Shown: positions 12,980-24,040 of the stretch, piece by piece
How the letters are laid out: each line of letters opens with the position of its first letter
Numbering within the stretch: position 1 is the first letter of the stretch
Origin: Camelus dromedarius
Lineage: Eukaryota
Assembly (NCBI RefSeq): GCF_036321535.1
Contig: NC_087436.1
Coordinates: forward strand, 111,354,001-111,418,000
Direction: 5' to 3'
Length of the DNA stretch: 64,000 nucleotides
The notes under the pieces: generated by a model
Seen by the model: the letters and a program-made list of their open reading frames with translations, nothing else
Told to the model about the DNA's origin: nothing
Database searches by the model: none
Program-made: the position numbers and the translations under genes

Positions 12980-14143
12980 CTGGCAGGAGAAAGCACAAGG
13001 TCATGGTCAGACAGCCTCCCTGGAACACTGAGTGCGGCACAGCTCAGGGGCTCATACTGAAAATGATGGACACACGAGACCCGGATTCATCCTTTGTGAT
13101 TCGACCCGGGGCAGCAGCCGCTAGAGTTTATACAGAGCTAGAAAACACGGCCCCCACTAGGGCCTAGGGGAGCCAGGGGAGCCCCAGCATCCTCCCTGTA
13201 TAAAGAGGGGGTTGGACCGATGGGCCTCCAAGTCCACCACCCAAACTGATGGCAGAGGTCTCCACAAAAAGGCCCACTTCACCCTCCTTCGCTGCGTCAG
13301 CAGTGCTGCGGTCCCAGGGGTGACTGCAGAGCCAGCACGCCCTGCTCAGTCCTGGCGGGGACCCGGAGGCCCTCCCCACCCGCCCTCCCGCACCATGGGG
13401 CACGGGAAGGGAAAACAACGCGCATCATTTACAGGGTTCTCTTGACAGGTTTTGTCTTTCGATCATAAAAGCCCCACAAAATCGGAATTACAACTCTACT
13501 CAACTAACGAGGGAAATGAGGCGCAGAGACTGCAGTCACGTCACTGAGGTCGCCCGGCCAGGAAGTGGGAGCCAGAGTCAGAGCCAGGCTGACGGGTCAC
13601 TGAGCCCTCGTTCTCATCACAGTTGCCAACCACCAGGCTGTACGAAGATGCCCGCTGTCCCCCCAGCACCATCTCCTGAAGGTCTCCCCTCCTAACAGCA
13701 GGGACCTCATCTCCCAGAACCCAGAACAGGGCTGGAGTATAGCTGGTGCTCAAAGACAAGTCTCCCCACTAGACCATGAGGGCAAGGATGTATCCCTTCA
13801 TCCGTGTTCTCTGGCACTCAGCACAGCGCGAGCAGGTGCTGGTTAGATGGAAATGATCCACATCGGAAGCTGCTGGGACCCATCTGTCATCTTATTCCCG
13901 CGGTTGAATCCCTAGGAGCCAGGCAGCAGGGAGGGTCTGGAGAGTCACAGGGGAGACATGCACAGGACGAAGCCAGGGGCAGAACATGGGGACAGTCATC
14001 AACCTCCTGAAACGGCTACAGTGATGAGGAAGCCATAGACAAGCCACATGGCAGTGCTGGACACGGAAAAGAGGCAGCTAGTGTCCAAAAGGCCCCGCTG
14101 CCAGAGCACGGGGAATGCATGCGTCCCTGGTCTGTCCCCTCAC

Positions 14144-14303
14144 CTTCCATGGAGCTTCGGTGACACGACCGTCTTCTTTTTTTGCTTCAGGTTGTCGCAC
14201 TCATACAGCCCGAGCAGCGCCCCCTCGGCCGCGGCCTGCGCATCTCCGCAGGGGTCCACCTCCACGGAGGGGATCTCCAGCTCCTGAACCTGTCTGCACC
14301 CCG
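14144..14303 (-). CDS. LAP3: LAP3 exon 5 (GCRQVQELEIPSVEVDPCGDAQAAAEGALLGLYECDNLKQKKKTVVSPKLHG)
   Basis: Within ORF 14140..14463; ggcag|CG acceptor, AG|GTGAGG donor; 160 nt. Confidence 0.94.
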
Positions 14304-15341
14304 CTGCCCAGGGACAGAGGGACCGGAAAACAGTCAGACAGAGACACCTTGGAGAGCAGAAGGCAGGGACGTGGTGTGGGGGGTCAAATCCCAGCAGACA
14401 CTTGACCTTGCGCCCTGAGCCTCCCTCTCCCCTGCTGTCCAGTGAGGATGGGCACACACCCACAAGTGAGAGGCAGGACAGACCGACAGATAAGATGACT
14501 GCTCCAGCTCCTCGGAGAGGCTGCTGTTGCTAGAACCACTTCTGAAACAGCAGGATCTCCTGGTGACGCGGCCCAGCCCCCAGGAGCTTCCCAGGTTGAA
14601 AAAAATGTCAGAGAAGTGACAACACTAAAATTATATCCAAGGAACTGAGCCACGTCCATAGTAACAGGGCATTTTATTAAGCTCAAGTCAGCAGAATCTC
14701 CCAACTAAAAGTCATGAAATGATCAGCCAGCACGAACATGACAGTAAATTTAACAAGCACATATGAATACACAGGACCAAAGATCGACCAAGCTAATTAT
14801 CACTGCCTCAGCAATGGTTTTCAAAGTATCTTTAATCATAGTTTCGATGGTGAAGGCCCTGTCCTGCGCTCAGCTCTGAAAGGACCCAAGGGCAGCTTTC
14901 ACACCATCCACGTGACAAATGCAGACAGGCACACACGTCCGGTAACTAGCGATAAACAAGTGCCCTGCCCTTTGCGTCCATTTTCCCTGATTTATAAATG
15001 TGATGCCTCCATGTGATTTATAGTCGGGCCACACCAGGGCTGCATCACAAGAAGGCCTTTTTGGCAAAGTAGAGCTCTAAGGCCAACACCGAGTGAACAA
15101 ATGGTCATGAAAGCCCCAGACACAAGTTAAAGAAATAGAAAAATAAAATTCCATAAGCTAACCTTCTGTATCTAAAATAAGGCCAAGCACGTTCGGTAAG
15201 GGGAGCTTTGTAAAGAGATTTGTTTGTGTCAGTATAGGAGAGGCGGGGATGGTGAGAGGTCAGAAAGAGGGGAGGCAGATAATCTTACAGAGCGATCCTC
15301 AGGAATCTTTCATCAGGATGAAAGTCCAAAAGTTAACGAAC

Positions 15342-15447
15342 CTGCGACAGCAGCTCTGATGTTTTCTTTGCCTTCGTGCCAGTTTTCCTGGTCGTCAACT
15401 CCGGCGGCCTTTTTGCCAAGACCAACCACCACCACGCTGGGGAAGTC
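15342..15447 (-). CDS. LAP3: LAP3 exon 4 (DFPSVVVVGLGKKAAGVDDQENWHEGKENIRAAVA)
   Basis: Within ORF 15313..15534; aacag|GAC acceptor, G|GTTCGT donor; 106 nt. Confidence 0.94.
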
Positions 15448-15916
15448 CTGTTCCCAGAAAAACACACAGTCAGCCGCTTTCTGTCTTGAAAGCACCCATT
15501 TCCAGCAGGAAACGTGACATGAGCTCGCACACAACCACTTTTAACTCCACATGGGGCAAAACTCGCTGCGAAATTTGGTTTTGTTTTTTTAAGCCCTATT
15601 ATCTTGGTAAAATCTTAAAACTGTGTGTTTGAAAGGTTGAGTGAGGGTAATCCTGTAAATAACTCTATGATGTCAGTACCACAGCGATGGCAGCTGAACC
15701 AAAGCAGCCTGCAGATTGAGGAATCGAGAGGCAATACTTTTTGACAGCAATTTGCCTCTTTACAATCTGAAATAATACTTGTGGCTTAACACCAGGGTAA
15801 AACTGTACATACTACCTGACGCAAAATTTTCTGCACAACTCTGCAGCCACAATTCTCGGCACATAGTAGGTGCTCTCTAAGGGGTTTGCCAGATAAACCT
15901 TATCTTCATCTCATAC

Positions 15917-15971
15917 CTCATGCAGACCATAAAAGGTTCGGGTTTTGCCTGCCTTCAGGGGTGGTCCAGAT
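15917..15971 (-). CDS. LAP3: LAP3 exon 3 (SGPPLKAGKTRTFYGLHE)
   Basis: End of ORF 15911..16171; tttcag|A acceptor, GAG|GTATGA donor; 55 nt. Confidence 0.95.
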
Positions 15972-16012
15972 CTGAAACAAGAAGAAATAGTTGTTTTAAA
16001 AATTCTGGTTTG

Positions 16013-16140
16013 AGGGGGAGGGTATAGCTTTGTGGCAGAGCATGTGCTTAGCATGCATGAGGTCCTGGGTTCAATCCTCTGTGCTTCCATTAAAACAAAT
16101 AAATAAAATAAAACAAAATAAAATAAAATAAAATAAAAAT
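16013..16140 (+). mobile_element. tRNA-derived SINE (camelid Vic-1-like)
   Basis: GGGGAGGGTATAGCT head, B-box GGTTCAATCC, (AAAAT)n tail. Confidence 0.8.
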
Positions 16141-17463
16141 TACAGTTTGCTCTGCTCCCTTGAGAATGCACACAGACATAACGTTAGCCTTATTACAGCA
16201 CTACTACTTCTATGAATTTGCTGCACTTAATGTTTTTATCAAAACACAGAATTCTCTGAGGCCAGATTTCTCAGACACAGCACTTCTAATTCTAGCTCAA
16301 AAACTATTCTGCAAACTTCAAGATTAGATTTAATACAAACTTATTTGAAAAAGACTGTAGGAAGTGGTGCCGTGGACAGGTAGCACATGGCTGCAGAGGA
16401 GAGCTGAGCACTGGGTGGAAGCTGACTTCAATCTTAAATCTAATAAAAGATGCAAGACACCAACCTAAGAGGCTGACCTGACCGCAGTGTGTTCGGCTTG
16501 GAGGTGTTTTGTGGGTGCTTATCCACAGATGGGATACTGGGCAATTTCCAAAACAAAGCAGGTGACAGCGCCAAACATACAGCTAGGGGGTGCTGGTGCC
16601 GCAGCCAATAGCTGTCAGTCAGGAAGGCCAGGCTGTTCTGTACCTGCATATGTTAGCTTCTGAATTAACGAATTAATCAAAGCACTTCAGAGAGCAGCCT
16701 ACTGGTGAAGCACCGGTAATTGATAGGGGATGCAAATTCTGCTACCCAATGATTAGATAATTAATTGCTCTAATTATCAGATGACACCTGTCAGATGCTA
16801 TAGGCTATCTATAATCCAAACAGTATAAAGTTGCAGTGGACTAGGTTGATACCTTTATTTCTGTTAAATGTGGCCTGCAGCTCAGAAGGACGTGGAAACA
16901 CCAATGTTTTCCTGTCTTCCCCAGATCCCAGCTAATGTAGGAATGGTTAGAATCTGCGGCCCCACTCAGATTTACTGACCTAGAATGTGCAATCTAACCA
17001 CACCCCTAGGCGATTCACATGTCCCTTTAGATTTGAAACTCAAGGCTTGTGACTGAAAGGAACAGTCTCCTCAGGCTGTCTTGAACTAGTCCAGGACCTG
17101 TTGTTCCCTACAAGTGAAGGGAAATAGAAAATAGAGAGACTGGTGGGGAAGTGGGTAGAAAGAGGGTGGGGAGAAATGAACTGGAGCCAGGGGGCTGGGC
17201 AGAGGAAATCTGGTACTTTCCAGATCCTCCTGGGTCAGTCTGTCACAATAAGTTTGTGGTTTCGTTGAAGTGTCCTAATTTCCCAGAACAGTAGACCCAT
17301 GGGATACTGACAAAGTACCAATGTGCATTCCAGAGACACATTCTTTCACTTCCACTGAGAAGACACTGGCCAGTTTCCATCTACTAACAATAAAGCACAG
17401 AAAAGATACTCTCTTTCACTTTCGGGGCATTTAAAAAACTGGAAACCATAGATGAATACTTAC

Positions 17464-17579
17464 ATGTTCAAAACTTCTCTCAGCTTTCCAGATACCAATT
17501 TATCAAAATTCTCCCCTGCACTTGTAAGCTGGGGCACATCTTCTTCTTTTTCTTTGCTATAGATTCCTAAAACAAGGCC
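17464..17579 (-). CDS. LAP3: LAP3 exon 2 (GLVLGIYSKEKEEDVPQLTSAGENFDKLVSGKLREVLNI)
   Basis: Manual translation (not in ORF track); acceptor ctcag|GGC, donor AT|GTAAGT; 116 nt. Confidence 0.95.
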
Positions 17580-17928
17580 CTGAGAACAGGAGGAAAGGTG
17601 AACATAATTAGGGTAGATCCCTTAGAGGACCTCAAGGGTTCCCAAATTCCAAAATGAGCTAACAATTTCATCCAAACCATGTTCCAGTCAAGGACAGAAG
17701 AACAAAGCCAAAACAGAAGCAAGTGCTGGGCAGTCAGCTACACTCACATTATGCCTGAAAGCTTCAAATTCCTGCCAATGCAAGACCACAGTGACTACCT
17801 GTCTTGGGTCTTCATGGCCCCTCCCAAGAAAGAGCTTTCAGAACATAGAAGGCTTTTTTCACTTTCAAATAAAGAGCAGAAAGGTGCTTTGTTTAAGAAA
17901 ACAATTCCATTTGTAAGCAAGTCAGATC

Positions 17929-18475
17929 TGGAAGGGGCTCAAAACATGCCACCACCAAAATATGCCACTTGGGCATATTGATTAATTTGAGCTGCAGGCA
18001 GCTGAGAAACAGCAGATGCAGGAAGGCCTCTCTGACCTCCCCCTTTCTACCCAAAATCTGGTAATAAAATTTCCCAGGAGAAAGGTTCTCTCTCTGTACC
18101 AGGCAGAGAACATTCTTATCACCAGAGACTGGGAGTCAACACCAAAATGGACCTGTGCAAACAAACCTACTAAAATAACCCTCATCCTCCCCCATACATT
18201 TCCTAGTCTCTCACAACGTACTGCCTCTAACCCAGCTTCCTTTGCTTTCCCGCATCCCCACAATTTCTCATCCTCTGTTTAAAAGGGTATATAAGCTTTG
18301 AGGCCTGAAGACTTCTTTGAGTCTTCACTATCCTTTTGAAGATTCCCATGTATGCATAAAAATATGAAATAAAACTTGTATGCCTTTCTCCTGTTAATCT
18401 GCTTCATGTCCATTTCATTCTTAAGTGCAGACATGGAACCTAGGAAAGTAGAGGTTAAGTTTTCCCTCCCCTACA
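17929..18475 (+). mobile_element. ERV1-class solo LTR (MER34/MER39-like) in LAP3 intron 1, antisense to LAP3
   Basis: TG...CA ends, TATA-like gggtatataag at about 18285, AATAAA at about 18368, 3' end tttccctcccctaca. Confidence 0.7.
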
Positions 18476-19699
18476 ACCTTCAAATGCAAATCTGCAATAT
18501 TCTAGGATGCCATCCCAATCGATGCCAGTGGCTGCATCTGCACCCTGGCCAACTCACAGGCTGGGAGACAGGAAAAGAATGCACCTCCCCTGGCGGGGCA
18601 GGAGCAGAGCTTTCTGTCCAGCACTTAGTGGTGTATCTTTCATCTGCTTAAGCACCAGCCCCCAACACCTGAAATAAAGAAGTAAACCTAGGAATCACCA
18701 TTTGCCTTTGCACAGCAACTTATGACTTTAAAAATGCTTTCTGATTTACGGCAAGTCTGTGAGGTGAAAAGAACATGGAGTCTTCTTCCCACCTGACGGA
18801 TAAGGAAGCAGAAACCTGGTCTGACATACTAGCCCGTGTGAACAGAACTGAGCAAGAGTCCGTCCCCGTTTGGCTGCCTTCCCTCACAGTCCTCTGTCCT
18901 TTCTACACTAAAAATCATACTGGGACTTAGATCAAATAGTGTCCTGTCTTTTCCATCAAAAAAAAAAAAATAGGCTTTCTCTGCGTTGGTAACCTTTCTA
19001 GGTTCTAACTTTCCTAATACTGCCCGCTGTCTGGGACTCCATCATGCAACCAAGTAGGGAACTGACAGGCCAAGATGTTACCTGAGTAGGATTATTTCCA
19101 CGGTATTGGAAAGAGCAGGGGACAGACCGCTCCTCCTGTGGCCACCTGTGATTCAGGGGGAGGCCTGAGCTCAAGCCCTATCTAGAACGTTCCTCCCCAG
19201 GGACAGTCCTTCAGGTCCTCAAGCGTGACTCCCACGTGTGTGCTCCTCCCACTGAGCCATTTCCCTTTTCCAGATCCCCCAGAGCCGAAAAGTAACCCTC
19301 TTCACAGCATTTCGGAGCTCAAGTAGGTGGAGAGGCGGGTCTCCTGCAGGCCACTCTCCTTTAATTTCACAAAGAGCTGGTCTCTCTGCAAAGCCCTTTG
19401 CCATAGAGAGATGTTATTTTTCTCCAGAAACCCTTCCAGGCAGTTTACTCCCGGAAGACCTCTGTTTTCCTGGCCTCCATCGTCAGCGGGGGAGGGAAGT
19501 CTTGGTGCGGAGCTCGGGGCCAGTGACTGGCCAGCTCTGGGATCCTAGAGGACAGTTCACCGCACCAAGCCTGGGTATCCTCCTGGCTAAAGTGGGGGCA
19601 ATCCTGGCACCGTCCTGCCCTAGGGGACTGCCAGGACTTCACAAAATAATGAGATAAAGGCACGACACAGAGTGGGAGCTCAGAAAGCGATAGCTAAGG

Positions 19700-20500
19700 C
19701 TGTCAACGTCGGCCGCAGAGTTCGGATCCTAGGACTTCCAAGCAAAAGAAGGGAGAGCGCACCCTCGGCACAGAGCCCGTGGGAGAATGCAGGGGGGATC
19801 GGCAGCCCCGCGCCGTCTGCCCCTGCCAAAGCCGAGATCCGCAAAGGCAGGGAACTTTTCCTTTTAGCCGATGTTGGCAGCTTGGCTCAGAAGCCCGGGT
19901 CACCGCGGCCTTGACCCGCCCGGAAGCCCCAGACGCCCGCGGGCAGGACTCTCGCGGCGGTCCCGGAGCGAGCCGCGGCCCCTCACCTTCGTCATGTCTG
20001 CGGCGGCGGGACCGGTTCCCCAGAAGCGCCTCACGCTCAGATGTCGGACGGCGACTCGCGCGGCAGCCGGAAGAGGCAGCAAGAACATCTTTTCGGCTCG
20101 GCCCCCCGCACCGCCCTCCACAGAGCACGTGGCGCATGGAGGGCGGGGGCGCGCCTGGGAGCCCGGCTCCGGGGAGCTGCGGGCGCGCGCCTAGGAGGCG
20201 GGGCAGGTGCCAGGGGGCGTGCCAGGCGTGCGCCAGGGGCCGGGCTGTCGGCTCGGCGAGGACCAGCGTGCGTGCGCCTGGGGGCGGGGCGGGATCCAGG
20301 GGGCGGGGCCGGCGGACTGGGCGGTGCTGGAAGGGACGCGAGGCTGTGGCGGGTGCTCCGGGGCGTGCGGGCGTGTGCGTGCGCGTGTCCGTGAGGCTAG
20401 AGGGGAGGAGGCTCCCGGAGGAGGGTACCACGAGGGGCGGGGATGGAGGCGGGGCATCGGGGAGAACTGGCGAACACGCAGCTTTACAGCCAAGGTCTGA
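19700..20500. promoter_or_regulatory. CpG island / LAP3 promoter
   Basis: Very GC- and CpG-rich; GC boxes (GGGGCGGGG at about 20281-20308), E-box CACGTG at 20126-20131, NRF1-like GCG(T/C)GCGC motifs; surrounds LAP3 exon 1. Confidence 0.88.
19987..20088 (-). CDS. LAP3: LAP3 coding exon 1 (MFLLPLPAAARVAVRHLSVRRFWGTGPAAADMTK)
   Basis: ATG at 20088-20086, second in-frame ATG at 19995-19993, donor AAG|GTGAGG; 102 nt. Confidence 0.95.
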
Positions 20501-22819
20501 GTAGTGAAGACCTCCTGCTGAGTTATTTCTATTACTGTCCTTTTTTTGAACTTTTTGTTTTTTGAATTTCCATCTGGTCTAAGGGTTCAGCATTATAAGG
20601 CAGTCAGCCCAAATGCTGTCTTTGAATAGAGGAGCTTTGCTAATAGCGCCTAATGTTTTAATATATACGTTTTAAAAGGGGTTTTACATTTTTTATTGTT
20701 AAAAATAGACAATTGAATGGAACTCGGAGAACATGATGAAGCACAAAAAGGAATACGAAAGTGAACCTTCATGTTACATTAGTGTCTGATCCTAACTTTA
20801 GCTGGATCTTTAACTTGGGCCACGAAGTCGGCGGCGTCCACGAACTAAAGTCCGCAATATCCTGGTCTCATTCTCCGGAAGGAGAGAATATCTGTATCCC
20901 TGTACGAGGGCGGCACGTAGTAGAGATTTGACTGTCCGTTCTTGAAGGCTGCGCAAGTTGGGGATGGTGGTCCTCTCTGGCTTCCACCTCCTTCGGATAA
21001 TTAAAGAGGAGTTGCATTATAAACCCAGTAAACTCAAAAAAGTGCAAAAATAGAAAAAGCTTGAGATCAGCCAGTAGAATGAGGAGATAGGTGACTGAGG
21101 AGGACATCGGGGTATGGAGGAGTGTGTGAGAGGGTGTTGGCTTGCCTTGGGGTGTAGGGCTCAGGCTTGCCTGGAATAAAAGGTTATAAAAGAGGGTAAT
21201 GCTGGATTAAAGAGGATCTTGAAAGGCTAAAAGAGTTTATTATTGACGTGGGAGTCAACATGGACTCAATCATGTTCTTTCTAGAAGCTGGGGGAGGTAA
21301 AAGCTATTATTTTAGTGCAACTGTTAGAGGTTAGAGTCAAGGATGGAGAAAGACCAAGCAGTATAGGGGAAGTTGTGCTGTGGTGGAAAACCATGCACGG
21401 TCCAGAAAGACTCCTGTGGGTTATCTGAGTGAGATTCCACAAAGTTCTTTCACAACTCTGTAAATTGTTATGCATTGCAACATGAGTCTTAACTGCAGAT
21501 TATGTCCTGTCCGGTAGAAGCTCAACTGACAACCTTCCCTCTCCTGGAGAAAACCTAGTCTTGTCTCCAGCGGCACACTCATTTCAATATCCCTCGCCTC
21601 TAAATGTTATCAGTTCTCAGAATTCTCTTTCCTCCATAAGCTAAAGAAAACCTTTGACATTATTCATTTCTCTATCTGTATGAGTCATGATTTTAACTTC
21701 TTGGGAAAATTATCTTTTAACAACAGGTAAGCTGGCCAGAGCCACGAGTTTTTGATGGAACTTACCAGGTGATCTATTTGGGAAATGAACTGCAGAATCA
21801 GCTTGATACAGCTTATGAATGAGGCAGAATGTATCACTACCCTATTTAGGTCCCTAACACTTCCCTCTTGCTTAGGAAGAAAGAAGCTGTGAAGGTGATG
21901 GGGAATTTGCCAACTCTGATGTAACAACATTGGGATGTTGATGGGGAAAGTGCATGGAATAAAGTCCAACGGGAGCTTGGAATGATGATGCAGACTCTCA
22001 CAGGATGAGTTGAACAGCAGGAGTCTGGTGGTTTCCCTAAAAGGAGTCATCACGAAGCAAGACAAACAAAGGGAAAGGACAGAGCCTGTGGAAGACACCC
22101 TCTGTCAGGAGATGAACAAACTCTAAAAAGAGGCAAAGTAGGGAGTGATCTGGGAGAGGCAAGAAGAAACTAATTGTATCAACATTGATGAGTAACAGTC
22201 ACTTAGGACTTCCTGGATCACCCTGGACAGGCTAAGAATTCAACACTGCTTCTATCTGATATGTTTACAATATCAATGGTTTTTTTAAAATCAATGTTTA
22301 CTTAGAGAGGGAGGAAAGGAACTAGTGATAAAAAGTAACTCCTGCTATGTTCATATTAAGGGCAATGCCATATTTACTAACCATAATCTTTTAACTTGCT
22401 TGGAATCTTTCATTTTGCAAGTTTCTAAAATTCCCAACTCATAACTGGATAATGTCTATCACTTGCAGTCACTGAGGCTAGAGGTTACCTCCACACAATG
22501 GTAGAGTTGTGAGTTGTCCCCCGATATTGGTCTCCCCTTTTTCTCTAGTATTGACAGCTTTAGCCAGGCACATCGCCATCCAGATAAAACTATATTTTAA
22601 AATATATATATTTATATATATGGTTGTGTGACTAGGTTCTAGCTAATGAGAGAGAGTGGAAGTGAAGTGGGAATGTGTAACTTCCAAAGCATGGCCCTTC
22701 TTCAGCCTTGTTGTGTTTTTATATGCTAACAACAAACTATCAGAAATAGAAATTAAGAAAACAATCTGAGTTACAGTTTCATCAACAAGAATGAAACATC
22801 TAAAATAAAACTAATCAAG

Positions 22820-24040
22820 ATTGATCTAATCAAATAAATCAAAAATATCTATAGAGCATCTACTAAGTGCCAGGCAGTGTTCTAGGCACTTGGGATCCAT
22901 CAGTGAACACAAGAGATTAAGATCCCTGCTTCTGTGGAGCTTATATCCTAGTGGTGGGAGTTAAACAATAAATGTAATGAATAGCTAAATTATATAGCAT
23001 GTTAGTGTAAAGAACTTTCCTGGCCCAGAGAACAGCCAGTGCAAAGGCCCCAAGGCAGGAACATGTGAGGAGGCCAGTAAGGCCGGAGTGGAGTGAGCGA
23101 GAGGGAGAGCAGGAGATGAGATCCTGGTTGGATGGGGACAGGGAGGGCTGACCATGTAGGACCCACGGGCCACATTAAGGGCTTTTAAATATGAAAATGA
23201 ATGTATGTATCTATATGTATGACTGGGACATTGTGCTGTACACCAAAGATTGACACATTGTAATTGACTGTACTTCAATAGAAAAACAAACAAACAAAAA
23301 AGGTTTTTATTCTGAGTACAGTGGGAGCTATAGGAGAATTTGAGCAGAGTGGAACACATGATCTAATTCAAAAAGTATTACTCTGGTCCCTGGGTTGAGA
23401 ATAGCCTTCAGGGAAATAGAGAGACCAGTTAGCTATTGCAATAGGGAGGTAAGAGTTGATGGTGGTTCAGACTAGGGTGCTAAGTGGAGGTGTTGAAATG
23501 TTGTCAGATTCTGGTTTTATTTTTAAAGGAGGGCCTTTAGAAGTTTTTAATGGACTAGAGGTTGGGTAGTTGAGTGTGAGAGAAAGAGTTGTCAAAGGTG
23601 ACTCCAGTTTTTGATCTGAGCACCTGTAAGGAAGTTGCCATCCACAAAGGTGGGAACTGGGACACCATCAACTAGGAAGACTGGGCGGAGCAGCTTTGCA
23701 CGGAGCTGTCGGGGGTGTGAGACATCCACAGACATCCAAGAGGAGCTGTGGAGGAAGCAGCATCATACACACATGAGTCTGGAGTTCAGGGGAAAGTTCT
23801 GGGCTGGAGATATAAATCTGGGAGTCATTGGTCTGAAGATGGTAACTAAAGTTATGAGTCCGCGAAAGGAAACAAGGCAGATAAGACAAAAGAAAATTAG
23901 AAGACGAAGGATTGAGCTCTCGCTTCCTCCAACACAAAGATGTTGGAGCAAAATGGAAGAACCAGCACAGAGAGTGAAATGTTTCAACCAGTGGGGCAGG
24001 AGGGAAACCAAGAGAGTAGTTCCTTGGAAAGAAGCCTTAA
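22820..24040 (-). mobile_element. L2 relic interrupted by a short young L1 3' end (about 23190-23300)
   Basis: ctactaagtgccaggcagtgttctaggcact, ggctggagatataaatctgggagtcatt; nested gtatgactgggacattgtgctgtacacc...cttcaata tail. Confidence 0.65.

Noticed and set aside
16013..16100. tRNA-like A/B-box sequences (also at 43.6, 45.1 and 60.5 kb)
   Set aside because: They have A-rich tails and TSDs and no intact cloverleaf, so they are SINEs rather than tRNA genes.
19703..20504. Several long (100-242 aa) ORFs on both strands over the LAP3 promoter
   Set aside because: Stop-codon depletion in a GC-rich CpG island gives Pro/Arg/Gly/Ala-rich translations with no recognisable domain.
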